Below, piece after piece: positions 39,916 to 49,971 of a DNA stretch of 64,000 bases (positions within the stretch are counted from its first letter, which is position 1; each line of letters opens with the position of its first letter). The stretch comes from an uncultured Christensenella sp. (lineage in GTDB: Bacteria; Bacillota; Clostridia; Christensenellales; UBA3700), in assembly GCA_949284695.1 (NCBI GenBank), contig CASDWJ010000019.1:279-64278 (forward strand). Reading direction: 5' to 3'. Below the pieces are notes generated by a model. The model was given only the letters and a program-made list of their open reading frames with translations, had not been told where the DNA came from and made no database searches. The translations under genes and the position numbers were made by a program.

Positions 39916-40554
39916 TTACTGAAGATCCTTGATCCTCTTTCTTCTCGGACGCTTTTTGGGGATATTGAAATTGTCCATCATGTAATCGATGACCCTGCAA
40001 GCCTTTCTGACGGCAAGCGAAGAACGTATCGGGAGCATAAACGGCACTTCCTGATATGCGCTTGTCTCGCTGAGGTCGCGCTGGTGATATTTGCCGTCGT
40101 CGAGCGCCGCGTCCTCGGGGTCGACTGCAAGATACAGCTTGAGCGTCTTGCCGCCGATAGCCATCTTTGCGAGCAGTTCTCTGCCGCAACGGTAGCTGTC
40201 GCAACGCGCGCTGTAACGGCTCTTGACTTTGCGGTAGGACGTGAGATGTTCCTGAAGCTGATCGTGCCATTCGATAACGCTCTCGTCCATCTCCATAAGT
40301 CTTTCGATAAAGCTGAGGCGGATATCTATGCTGCCGACAACGCCCTGTGCTGTGACGCCGTCCGGCTCTATGTACGTTTCCTCCTCGTATGCTTCTGCCG
40401 CAGGTTCTTCTTCGTAAACGGGCTGTTGCGCCGTTTGCTCACGGACGACCTCGGTAGGAGCGACTTCCTGTTCTTCTTCTATATCGAACTCGGAGAGGTC
40501 CTCGAACTCTTCGTTCTCATTGTAAGAGAATTTGTTTTTGCCGTCTATTTTCAT
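39916..40554 (-). CDS. hypothetical protein: acidic N-terminal tail plus a conserved-looking C-terminal domain
   Basis: Glu-rich ~70 aa, then SF..RL...L.SY.KVKSR.S...SY..GR..LAK....GKTLKLYLA.DP; good SD. Confidence 0.75.
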   Translation of the reverse strand: MKIDGKNKFSYNENEEFEDLSEFDIEEEQEVAPTEVVREQTAQQPVYEEEPAAEAYEEETYIEPDGVTAQGVVGSIDIRLSFIERLMEMDESVIEWHDQLQEHLTSYRKVKSRYSARCDSYRCGRELLAKMAIGGKTLKLYLAVDPEDAALDDGKYHQRDLSETSAYQEVPFMLPIRSSLAVRKACRVIDYMMDNFNIPKKRPRRKRIKDLQ

Positions 40555-40650
40555 AATTCCTCCTGATCACACTGTGCTTTTTTGAAAAGCGGTATTCTTA
40601 TATTACTACAACGCCCGCGCCGTGTCAATGAAAAACCGCAGACAAAAATT

Positions 40651-40905
40651 TCAATTTTCTTGGCTATATGCTTGTAAAACGGCTTTAGCAAGCTGATCGG
40701 CGCACGACGTACCCTTGCCCGCGCAGTTCACGCCGCCACATTTTTCGACGACCTCGTCCACCGTCATTCCCTCTACGAGACGGGGGATCGCGATCAGATT
40801 GCCGGGGCAACCGCCGTAAAACACGACGTTTTTGACGACGTTGCCTTCAAGTTCAAAGTCTATTCTGCGGGAGCAGGTTCCTTTTGTCATATACGTGTGT
40901 TTCAT
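40651..40905 (-). CDS. TSCPD-domain small protein (TIGR03905 type)
   Basis: KGTCSR.I, F.GGC.GNL, LVEGM and C..KGTSCADQLA motifs. Confidence 0.9.
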   Translation of the reverse strand: MKHTYMTKGTCSRRIDFELEGNVVKNVVFYGGCPGNLIAIPRLVEGMTVDEVVEKCGGVNCAGKGTSCADQLAKAVLQAYSQEN

Positions 40906-40911
40906 AGCGCC

Positions 40912-41805
40912 TCACAGATATTCGGGATAGAATTGTCCGATATAAGCCTCGACGTCCTTTCTCTTGCCCTTGTACGGACCGGGGTTTTCCATCTTGTTAG
41001 AGACGAGAGCCGTTGCCCAGAGGAGCGCCTTGTCCATAGGCTGATTTATCCTCTCGGTGATGTATCCCGCGAACGTCGTGTCTCCCCTGCCGCTTCTTCC
41101 CGAAAGATTTCTCGCTTTTATCGGGCAGGTGCAGAGTTTTACGCCGTCGTATGCGATGACCTCGGTGTTGTGCGTGATGACGACCTCTTTCGCGCCCCAC
41201 TGATGCAACAACTTTGCCGCGACCACTCTGTCGGGCTGACCCGTAAGTATCTCGGCTTCCGCCGCGTCGGTCTTGAGATAGGTGATGTAAGGCAATATCT
41301 CCTTTTTCTCCGCCCAGTCCTCGAAATACATCGCGCCCGTCTTCTTGTCGGCGTGTCTCAGAAGCGCCTGAACGTCAACGGCAACCTTGCCTTTCGCGTC
41401 GAGAGCCTTGATCAGCTCCCCGTCGAAATCGCCGTAAATGAGCCCTGCAAGGTGATATACGTCGCAGTCGACGTCAGGGATATCCTCTATTCTGAAAGGA
41501 TCCGCCTGACCTATGCAGATGCAGGTGCGCCTCTCCTTGTCTGGGGTATGGTACTTGTTGCGGATAGACGTGCTCGCGCCCGACGGGATATAGAAGATAT
41601 CCTCTTTGTCGATGACGAACTCGTTGAGTCTGTCCTTGTCGCAGGGCGCGACCTTGGTGACGACTCCGACTTTGTAGCCGCCCGCATACGCCGCCGCGGA
41701 AGAATAGATGACCGCGCCTCCGACCTCTATGATCTGATTGTCGAGATAGTCGATATTGTAGTCGAGCGATATATGCCCGATAGTCAACGTGTCGTATTTT
41801 TTCAT
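40912..41805 (-). CDS. PfkB-family carbohydrate kinase
   Basis: IGHISLD, GGAVIY, VDVQ, LK.DAAEA and anion-hole variant SGRGDT.FAGY. Confidence 0.9.
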   Translation of the reverse strand: MKKYDTLTIGHISLDYNIDYLDNQIIEVGGAVIYSSAAAYAGGYKVGVVTKVAPCDKDRLNEFVIDKEDIFYIPSGASTSIRNKYHTPDKERRTCICIGQADPFRIEDIPDVDCDVYHLAGLIYGDFDGELIKALDAKGKVAVDVQALLRHADKKTGAMYFEDWAEKKEILPYITYLKTDAAEAEILTGQPDRVVAAKLLHQWGAKEVVITHNTEVIAYDGVKLCTCPIKARNLSGRSGRGDTTFAGYITERINQPMDKALLWATALVSNKMENPGPYKGKRKDVEAYIGQFYPEYL

Positions 41806-41823
41806 ATTCTTCTCAACTCTCCG

Positions 41824-44800
41824 TTAGTTATTGATGTTTTTTAAGATCTCCTCTGTAAGATCGATCGTATTTTCGTAGCGCAGATAACCCAAGCCGAATC
41901 TTCTCGCATCGCCCTCTCCGTCAAACGTCTTATCTGCCTCGTCCATAATATACTTTCTTCTGTCGTCTGACGAACTGCTTGCCGTATCGTACAGCGAGCA
42001 GTACCAGACCTTGCTCGAATTCACGACGTCGCCGACCGTGATATTTAACGTATACGTTCCGCTATACGTTCCGTATCCGGGGATCTCTATGTCGGTGTAT
42101 GAGTACTCGTATTCGTCGACGAGCTTGGTGGCGAATATCTGATCGATCATCTTATCTCTTTCCGTCTTGCCGCTCTCATCGGTTTCGTCGCCGAACAGAT
42201 CCTTCTCGTAACCCGCACTCTTGAGGATATTGTTCATGATCTGACATTCGCTGTAAGACAAACGGTTGACGAAGATCTCGGTTTGCTGCGTCGAATCGGC
42301 GTTCGACGCGCTTTCAAGCGCGATGAGCGCGTTGATATATATCACTTGGGGCACGAGTTTGTTGTTTGTACCCGTCGCGCCTGCGCCCGTGAACAGGTTG
42401 TCGGTAGCGACCTCAAGCGTAACGAGCAGATAAGAATTGACGTTGTCGATACCTACGTATCCGTCAGACATTTTCACGCCGCTGTAATAGTCTTTGACCG
42501 CGGCTGTCTGTTCCGTCTCTATCGCAGAACCGTTGTCGTACCTGGGCAGGATATAACTCTGATAGAAAGTGATGTCCCCGGCGTTGCCTCCTACGATGCC
42601 TGCGAACTGATCGCCCTTCATCTTCGTCGCCATATAAGCGTCGAGGAACTGAGCGTTGACCGTAATGGTTGTACCGCTCAGAGGAGAGACCATGAACGTG
42701 GAGTTGTCTTCGCCCTGACTTCCTTCGTCTATCGGAGACGTGTAGTCGCCGTTTGCGAGCGTGTAACCTTCAAGTCCCGCGTGCAGTCCTTTTATGGTGA
42801 GACGCATATCTTCGCCATCGGGCTTAACGTCGTCGGTATTAGTATAAATATTGTTGACCGCGAGTTCGAACACGGTGGAGAACTCCATGCCCCCGTCAAC
42901 GAAGTCTTTCGATACCTTGCCGTCGGCATTCATATCGTTGAACGCCTTGGTGAGTTTTCTCTCTATGGTCAGTTCGAGCCCCTCTTTGGAGAAATCCTGT
43001 TTGTCTTCGCTATCGCCTATCGAAGTCTGACCCGAGAATCTCTTGACGAAGAAAAGCATTTTGCCGAGAAGCTCGTCTCCTATATCGTTGATATCCACCT
43101 TTGCGTCGTAGATCTCGTTGCCGTATTCGTCGTAACTTACAGCAATTTCCACGATCATGTCTACGTCGTACGGGAACAGGGTCTCGTACTTCTTGTTCTG
43201 CTCGACCTCTCCCGTCACATTCTCAAACGAGATCGCGCCGTTTATCCTCATCCTGATCTTGGGCGTATTTCCGTCAAGATAGATCGCGATATATTGCACT
43301 TTACCCTCGGGCATTATCTGCATAATATTGTTGAGCTTACCCGAATCGTTGACTATGTTCGCAAACTCAAACTGACTGAGATAGGGTTTGAGATCGTCAT
43401 ATAACGCGTCGTCGTCGAGAAGCCCGACTTTGATAACGCTGCCGTCTTCCTGCGACACGACGTTCTCCATTCTCAGTCTCGTCTCGTATTCTCCGCTGAC
43501 CGTCTTGAGCATATTCTCGATGTTGGTCGTGGACCAGTCGTCTCCCGCAAGGTCGGTGTCGATATAATATTTGCCGTCGATTTCCTTAACGAACGCCGTG
43601 ACTCCCTGCTCCGCAACGGCTTCGTCGACGTTTGTCTTGACGTCGCTGTCCGCTTCTTCGGGATCGTATTTATACGTCTGCGACAGTATCAGGTACATCT
43701 CCTCGCCGGTGATTTTTCCGTTCTCGGCATAGAATGCTTCTTCGCTTTCATATCCGGTACCCGTCTCGGGATCGTAAGCGTCGGTCTCGGGATTGTACTT
43801 GAGTTTTTCGTTGGCGGCAAGCACCTCGAAGATATTTGGAAGTATCGCGCCGCCGTCGTCTTCGCTGTTTGCGCTGACAAACTCTATCTTTGCGCCCATA
43901 TTCTTTTCAATGTCTACGAACGCGTCGTATATCTTCTGATTGAGCTGTGCCTGCAACTCGTCGAAAGTCATCTCGGTGACTTCCTCGCCGGTGCCGTCTC
44001 CCTCAGAGCCTTCGCCACTTTCGGTACCCTCTCCCTCGCCGGAAGCCGTGCCGTTCTTCTTCTCGACCGCATTGAGGAGACTCATCAGCGTCTCGAAGTG
44101 CTGACGGCTCATCTCGTTGCCCTTTTTGTTGATATCCACGGTCGCCGTACTGGGAGTGACCGCCGTGCCCGAATACTGCGTGTAGGTAAGGAACACGTAG
44201 ATATTGTCGGGAAGGAGCTGTTTGACGAGCTTTTTCATGCTCTCGTTGTCCTTGAGCTGAGCGTCTATACTGCCTGTGAGATCGAGCTCAATCGTTATGT
44301 TGAGCACGAAATAGTCGCCCTTTTCGTCGTCGGTGCCCGTCTCGGAGCATGCGACGTTCATTATCCAGGGTTCCATATTCTCGATCTTGTATTCCTGATT
44401 TTTGAGATAGCCGTTGAGGAGCGCCGCAAGCGTATCGGTATCGGCATAAGGTCTGAAATCGCCGCCGTCGGCATATTCTTTTCCCGCCTCTATCCTGTCG
44501 CGGATCATGATCCTCTTGAGCGTTTCTTCGTCCTCGGAGAAAGTGTTGATCTTGGAGAACAGGTTGGAAGCGGTGATGTAATACTCGTCGGTCTCCGCAT
44601 TCACGACGTTGTCAAAGTAATATTTACTGCTGAATTCGCCGTTGATAAAAGTCGTCGCGGCGAGAGTCTGCGCTTCCTGAGTGAAGCCGTCCACCCCGAG
44701 AGATTCGGGCGTGGGCAGTTTTACGTCTCGTATCAGCGCGAGGAAGTCGCCTTGCGTGAGGTTTTCCGCGCCCAGCATATTGATGACCGCCTGTACCGGC

Positions 44801-46071
44801 TTGGTCTCGAAACTGCCGCTCGCGCCGTCCGAACTGGGAACGAAATTGATCGGCACGAGTTCATCCACCTTCATTATCGTGTCGAATATCTTCTGATTGA
44901 TGCTTTGCATGAACGGGATCTTGTTGCCGTCCGCATCTTCAGCCGCTATCAGATTGTTGAGAAGCATATTGACAGCCGTCTGCTGTTTTTCGTTCATATC
45001 GTTGACGGCGACGTTGGCTTCCCAGGTCTGCATATTGGGATATATGCTTGCGGTGACGTAAAGCGTCTCGGGAAGTATCATCGGGAGCGTGTCGACTAAA
45101 GACGAAACGATATCGGGCACCTGCTTGTCTCCGAAAAGATTTGCAAGAAGCTGCGACTTGTTCTTGCTTATAGCCGCTTTTGCCGCGTCGCGCAGGTTGA
45201 GCGCTACGGTCGCGCGGATGCGTACGCCCTGCTGTTCGAGCACCGTCGCGTTGTCGATGATGACCTGACGGACAGAAGCCACGTTGGCTATCACTATGCC
45301 GTACTGTTCCTCGATATTCTTGAGCGCGTCGATCCCGGATATCTCGCCGAGCGCCTCGTTGAGCACCGCCGCGAGCTCTTTGTCTGAAAGCTCGAGCATC
45401 TCTCTTTCAAGCGTATCCTGATCTCTGCCTTCGAGCACGCTGAAGTCGAAATCGAGACTCTCGAGCAGACCGTCGAGCGCCGTATTGCCCGTTATCGACC
45501 CGTTGGCGCCGATCTCGGGCGCGGTTTCGTCCGCAAGAATGAGCGGACTGCCGTCAGACAGCGTCAGTTCCTGCCCGTCGCCCGAAGTCTCCCCGTTTTC
45601 GGAGCCGGTAAGACTTGACAACAGACCGCTGACAATATCGGAGATCGTTACGTTGCAATCCTCAGAAAGATAAAGCGCCGTCTTGAGATCGGCATAAAAA
45701 TTGTCGAGATCTTCTTGACCGTAAGGGTTGGTGACGACTCCCGAGCCGTCCCCGTAAAGTTTTGCGAACATGCCGACTGCCTCGAGCAGACTGAGCCCGG
45801 TCACGTCCTTGAGGCTCGACTTTCCTTCTTCGCCTCCCAGCATGTCGTAATCCCATGCAACGAGCGCGCCCAGAAATACGGACGCGATCAGTATCACGAC
45901 AAGGCTTACGCACGCAAACCCTGTAAAAAAGCGTCTTTTCGACTTCTTCTTTTTGATTTTTTCGGCTTCCTGTTCGCTGATAAAGCCGCCGCTTGTATAG
46001 AGCGAGTCGTTGTTTGTCCTCTCCTCGGAACCTACCTTTTTTATCTTCAGATCCTTGATTAAATTACTCAT
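41824..46071 (-). CDS. very large acidic membrane-anchored hypothetical protein (1415 aa) with degenerate internal repeats
   Basis: Long open ORF with host codon bias; KKKKSKRR followed by one TM; no recognised catalytic motif. Confidence 0.85.
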   Translation of the reverse strand: MSNLIKDLKIKKVGSEERTNNDSLYTSGGFISEQEAEKIKKKKSKRRFFTGFACVSLVVILIASVFLGALVAWDYDMLGGEEGKSSLKDVTGLSLLEAVGMFAKLYGDGSGVVTNPYGQEDLDNFYADLKTALYLSEDCNVTISDIVSGLLSSLTGSENGETSGDGQELTLSDGSPLILADETAPEIGANGSITGNTALDGLLESLDFDFSVLEGRDQDTLEREMLELSDKELAAVLNEALGEISGIDALKNIEEQYGIVIANVASVRQVIIDNATVLEQQGVRIRATVALNLRDAAKAAISKNKSQLLANLFGDKQVPDIVSSLVDTLPMILPETLYVTASIYPNMQTWEANVAVNDMNEKQQTAVNMLLNNLIAAEDADGNKIPFMQSINQKIFDTIMKVDELVPINFVPSSDGASGSFETKPVQAVINMLGAENLTQGDFLALIRDVKLPTPESLGVDGFTQEAQTLAATTFINGEFSSKYYFDNVVNAETDEYYITASNLFSKINTFSEDEETLKRIMIRDRIEAGKEYADGGDFRPYADTDTLAALLNGYLKNQEYKIENMEPWIMNVACSETGTDDEKGDYFVLNITIELDLTGSIDAQLKDNESMKKLVKQLLPDNIYVFLTYTQYSGTAVTPSTATVDINKKGNEMSRQHFETLMSLLNAVEKKNGTASGEGEGTESGEGSEGDGTGEEVTEMTFDELQAQLNQKIYDAFVDIEKNMGAKIEFVSANSEDDGGAILPNIFEVLAANEKLKYNPETDAYDPETGTGYESEEAFYAENGKITGEEMYLILSQTYKYDPEEADSDVKTNVDEAVAEQGVTAFVKEIDGKYYIDTDLAGDDWSTTNIENMLKTVSGEYETRLRMENVVSQEDGSVIKVGLLDDDALYDDLKPYLSQFEFANIVNDSGKLNNIMQIMPEGKVQYIAIYLDGNTPKIRMRINGAISFENVTGEVEQNKKYETLFPYDVDMIVEIAVSYDEYGNEIYDAKVDINDIGDELLGKMLFFVKRFSGQTSIGDSEDKQDFSKEGLELTIERKLTKAFNDMNADGKVSKDFVDGGMEFSTVFELAVNNIYTNTDDVKPDGEDMRLTIKGLHAGLEGYTLANGDYTSPIDEGSQGEDNSTFMVSPLSGTTITVNAQFLDAYMATKMKGDQFAGIVGGNAGDITFYQSYILPRYDNGSAIETEQTAAVKDYYSGVKMSDGYVGIDNVNSYLLVTLEVATDNLFTGAGATGTNNKLVPQVIYINALIALESASNADSTQQTEIFVNRLSYSECQIMNNILKSAGYEKDLFGDETDESGKTERDKMIDQIFATKLVDEYEYSYTDIEIPGYGTYSGTYTLNITVGDVVNSSKVWYCSLYDTASSSSDDRRKYIMDEADKTFDGEGDARRFGLGYLRYENTIDLTEEILKNINN

Positions 46072-46357
46072 CCCCGCATCTCCCCGATATGAGATTTTTA
46101 TTTTATTTTAATTTATTATAACACACTTTTCTTTATTTGTATATATATTTTTATTAGCGCACGCGAGAAAAATTATGTAATTTCCGGCACAACGACGCTC
46201 AAAACGTCGATTTTCTGCATACGGCAACGAATTTACCGTGATTTTACATACGTTGAACGACCTCTGCGCCCGCGTTTGTTGACAAATGCCGCCTTTTCAG
46301 TCTATAATCTGCTTACACGCCGATAACGATCGCATATGTTTTATGGAGAAAACGGAT

Positions 46358-47092
46358 ATGTCAAAAGACTTCAAAAGAGAAAAAATCAGGCTTGCGGTAT
46401 TTTTTACGTCTATCTCTCTGGTATTGCTTGTGCTGGCTCTTTTTCTCGCATATTATTCGGCTTACGGCGATATTCTGTTTGTCATAACAGGCAATAAAAA
46501 CGCAAAAAAAGAGAGATATGACGAAATGAATAAATCTGCGCAACAAGGTCAGACCGTGTTTTTCGGGGACTCTCTGACAGAGTTTTACGACACGGACGCG
46601 GCATTCCCCTCTTTTACGAGTTACAACCGCGGAATATCGGGCGATACCACTCAAGGCATGCTGGACAGGCTGGACAACAACGTATTGTCGATCAATCCGT
46701 CCAGGATCGTATTCCTTGGCGGCGCTAACGACCTCAATCACGGCCTCACTCCCGACGAGATCGTCGCCAACATACGCGAGATACTCACGAGAATAAAAAC
46801 CGCTCTTCCCGACTGCGAAGTTTATGTAGAGTCGTTGTATCCTGTCAATCCGTATACGCATCCGATATATCTTAACAGCGTCGCCGACCGCAAAAACGTC
46901 GATATCCTCGCAATCAACGAGTCTCTCATCCCTCTTTGCGAAGAACTGGGCTGTACTTATATAAACATGCACGATCTTTTGACCGACGGAAACGGAGACC
47001 TGCGCGAAGATCTGACCATGGACGGTCTGCACATCAACGCCGAGGGTTACGCTATCGTGACAGAAATACTCTCCCGATATCTGACCGAGTAA
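46358..47092 (+). CDS. SGNH/GDSL hydrolase with N-terminal TM anchor
   Basis: FFGDSLTE, NRGISGD, GANDL and DGLH motifs; start 46358 after GGAG; TTGACA-N18-TATAAT at 46279-46308. Confidence 0.92.
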   Translation: MSKDFKREKIRLAVFFTSISLVLLVLALFLAYYSAYGDILFVITGNKNAKKERYDEMNKSAQQGQTVFFGDSLTEFYDTDAAFPSFTSYNRGISGDTTQGMLDRLDNNVLSINPSRIVFLGGANDLNHGLTPDEIVANIREILTRIKTALPDCEVYVESLYPVNPYTHPIYLNSVADRKNVDILAINESLIPLCEELGCTYINMHDLLTDGNGDLREDLTMDGLHINAEGYAIVTEILSRYLTE

Positions 47093-47106
47093 ATCCCGAC
47101 AAACGC

Positions 47107-47132
47107 AAAAGACGGGGCGACCCGTCTTTTTT
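47107..47132 (+). terminator. intrinsic terminator
   Basis: AAAAGACGGG-gcga-CCCGTCTTTTTT. Confidence 0.8.
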
Positions 47133-47362
47133 CATGCCTTTATATCAAATGAAGCTGCGCGGAGAAGCCGAAACGCGGCGCAGCTGCGCACGCTGTCTCT
47201 CACCGTATTCTGACTCACGAAGGCGCTCAGGGCTTTATGCCGCGCCCGTTTTTTTTTGCGATTTTCACGACAAATTTTGATTTTTACAAAAAAAGTACAC
47301 CCTTCTCGCAAGCAAAAAAGTTGCGTGCAAAAAGGGTGTTCTTTTCAATTTTAAGACTTCCG

Positions 47363-47890
47363 TCAGCTCTTGACCGCGCCGCCTATAGCCGCCGCACCGC
47401 CGAGTACGCCGCCTACCGCAAGCAGGTAACAGCCTATCGCAGGCATTGTGGTGGAGTTGGCGATCACCCCGATGTCAAGTCCGTATTCCTTGCCCATAAG
47501 GACTGTAAATACGATCGCGAGAACTCCGCAAACAATGGCAACAATACCTGCCACGCCTCCGAGAGTGCCGAGCAGCTTGAGCCTGATCACGAGTTTGAGA
47601 ATGAACAGCACCGCAGCTACCGCAACCGCCGCCGCAGTAATCCATGCGAACAAGTTGGTCACGACGAAATATTTGACCTCACTGTCGAGCTTTGCAGCCG
47701 CTTCGTTGCTGTCAGCCCAGTCCTGCAACGTCATCTTGCTGTCTGCGGATGCGCCGATCAGTTCCGAACCTGTCTCGGTATTCGTCCAGTCAAGGAAAAG
47801 CCCCGTAAAAGCGAGAGCCGCGCCGACTATCATAACGAGTACGAGTACGAGCGAAAGGGTGGTTATGCCCTTCTTATTTTTCTTTGCCAT
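47363..47890 (-). CDS. hypothetical 4-TM membrane protein
   Basis: Four hydrophobic segments, basic N-terminus, SD AGGAGG. Confidence 0.8.
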   Translation of the reverse strand: MAKKNKKGITTLSLVLVLVMIVGAALAFTGLFLDWTNTETGSELIGASADSKMTLQDWADSNEAAAKLDSEVKYFVVTNLFAWITAAAVAVAAVLFILKLVIRLKLLGTLGGVAGIVAIVCGVLAIVFTVLMGKEYGLDIGVIANSTTMPAIGCYLLAVGGVLGGAAAIGGAVKS

Positions 47891-48035
47891 AAATACAAAC
47901 CTCCTTTAAAAAAAACAGAGACGGGCGCAATACTGCTACACCATCTCAAATCTACGCATATATTTTATCACTTTCCGCACGTCATGTCAACGGGCAAATT
48001 TTACCGATAAGTGTCTTACTTTACAAATGTACAAA

Positions 48036-48518
48036 TTACGCTTTTGCGCGTTTTATCCGTCTTTTGCCCGTAATGCTTTCCGCTTCGAGCACGAATACGG
48101 CAGTCCTCGGCACCACGGCGGGATTGAAAGCGAAGTCTTCTCTGCCGTAATGCTTCATAAGTATCCTCAGCGCCTCTGTTTTCTCCTCGTCGCCGTAAAC
48201 GAAAGAAATTCTGCCGACGCCTATAACGCTCTCGTATTCGGTCGTGCAATTGCCCTGTTCTTCGTCCAGCGCCAACCTGTGCGAGCAGTCCGCCTCGAAG
48301 CAGACGCGGTTGTCTTTCTCTATCAGATCTATTTTTCTGCCCTCGCACGCGCTGTGAAAATAAAGCCTGAGCCTGCCGTCCTGCACCCTCATACCGAAAC
48401 TTAGCGGTACTACGTAAGGATAGTCCTCGCCGTTGAACGCGATCCTCACCGCGTCGCACTTTTCAAGCACCTTTACTATTTCATCAAAATCCTTTATCTC
48501 TCTGTCAGATCTTCTCAT
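48036..48518 (-). CDS. pyridoxamine 5'-phosphate oxidase-like flavin-binding protein (NimA-like)
   Basis: Start revised to 48518 (MRRSDREI); PYVVPLSFG, LYFHSA.EGRK, VCFE, YESVIG.G and ITGK motifs. Confidence 0.9.
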   Translation of the reverse strand: MRRSDREIKDFDEIVKVLEKCDAVRIAFNGEDYPYVVPLSFGMRVQDGRLRLYFHSACEGRKIDLIEKDNRVCFEADCSHRLALDEEQGNCTTEYESVIGVGRISFVYGDEEKTEALRILMKHYGREDFAFNPAVVPRTAVFVLEAESITGKRRIKRAKA

Positions 48519-48596
48519 GCTTCTCCGTTTTCCGCTCCGCAAGCTCCTTGCGGGCATAAAAATACGGGCGCGCAGCCCGTATTTTATCTGTTTATA

Positions 48597-49874
48597 TCAT
48601 TCCCACTCGATGGTACCCGTCGGCTTCGGAGTCATGTCGAAGCAGACGCGGTTGACGCCCTTGACCTCGGTGATTATCCTCTTGACGATCTTGTCGAGCA
48701 CCGCCCAGTCGACGTGCTCTATCGTTGCAGTCATGGCATCTACGGTATTTACCGCCCTGATGATAACCGGCCACTCGAAGGAGCGCGCATTGTCTCTTAC
48801 GCCGACAGACTTGACGTCGGGGATAAGCGTGAAATACTGCCAAACCTTGCCCTGCAGACCCGCATTGGCGAATTCTTCGCGAAGTATTGCGTCAGACTCT
48901 CTGACCGCTTCCAGTCTGTCTCTCGTGATCGCACCGAGGCATCTTACGCCGAGACCGGGACCGGGGAACGGCTGACGGTATACCATATCGTCGGGAAGTC
49001 CGAGCGCCTTGCCGCACGCGCGCACTTCGTCCTTGAACAGATATTTGAGAGGCTCGACCAGCTCGAACTTGAGGTCGTCGGGAAGACCGCCCACGTTGTG
49101 GTGCGACTTGACGATCTTATTGGTCTTGGTGCCGCTCTCGACTATATCGGGATATATCGTGCCCTGTGCGAGGAAGTCGATGCCGTCGAGTTTTCTCGCT
49201 TCTTCTTCAAATACTCTTATAAATTCCGCACCGATGATCTTTCTCTTCTTTTCGGGATCTTCGACGCCTGCGAGCTTGTCGAGGAATCTGTCCACGCTGT
49301 CGGAATATATAAGCGTTGCGCCCAGTTCTTCTCTGAATACTCTGACGACCTGTTCCGGCTCTCCCTTTCTCAGAAGTCCGTGATTGACGTGTACGCAGAC
49401 GAGCTGTTTGCCTATCGCTTTTATGAGGAGCGCCGCGACGACGGAGCTGTCAACGCCGCCGGAGAGCGCGAGGAGTACCTTTTTGTCCCCTATCTGCTTT
49501 CTGAGAAGCTCGACCTGATCGTCGATGAAGTTCTGCATATTCCAGTTGGCATCTGCTTTGCAGGTATCGAAAACGAACGATTTGAGATCGCTCTCTTGGA
49601 TCGCGGGGCACTTGTCGGTAGCGTGACCCAGCGCAACGACGGGAACGCTCGCTTTGTATATATCGTCCGCAACGTCTATCTTTACGCCGTCTATAATGTT
49701 GTTGGGGCCGCCGCTTAGGATAACGCCCTTTACGTTGGGGATCTCCGCGAGCTGCTTTGCCGTAATGTCGTGCGGATATATCTCGCTGTAAACGCCGAGA
49801 GCGCGGATTTCTCTGGCAAGCGCAGAGTTGTTTTCGCTGCCCAGATCGAGTATGACTATCATGTCTTGTTTCAT
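48597..49874 (-). CDS. guaA: GMP synthase with shortened N-terminal GATase domain
   Basis: LSGGVDSS, HGLLRK.E, DPEKKRKIIG, LAQGTIYPD, KSHHNVGGLP, FKDEVR, RQPFPGPGL and KP.GTIEWE motifs. Confidence 0.95.
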   Translation of the reverse strand: MKQDMIVILDLGSENNSALAREIRALGVYSEIYPHDITAKQLAEIPNVKGVILSGGPNNIIDGVKIDVADDIYKASVPVVALGHATDKCPAIQESDLKSFVFDTCKADANWNMQNFIDDQVELLRKQIGDKKVLLALSGGVDSSVVAALLIKAIGKQLVCVHVNHGLLRKGEPEQVVRVFREELGATLIYSDSVDRFLDKLAGVEDPEKKRKIIGAEFIRVFEEEARKLDGIDFLAQGTIYPDIVESGTKTNKIVKSHHNVGGLPDDLKFELVEPLKYLFKDEVRACGKALGLPDDMVYRQPFPGPGLGVRCLGAITRDRLEAVRESDAILREEFANAGLQGKVWQYFTLIPDVKSVGVRDNARSFEWPVIIRAVNTVDAMTATIEHVDWAVLDKIVKRIITEVKGVNRVCFDMTPKPTGTIEWE

Positions 49875-49971
49875 ATCTGTTCTCCTTGGTTTTATGTAAT
49901 AAATGTATCACCAAACGGACGCGCGTGTCAATCCGTTTGAATTTATTTGCTTTTCCTTTTTACGACAGTAC

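Noticed and set aside
49875-49960. Purine riboswitch upstream of guaA
   Set aside because: A promoter-like TTGACA...TACATT lies only ~30 nt from the start, and no aptamer consensus is present.
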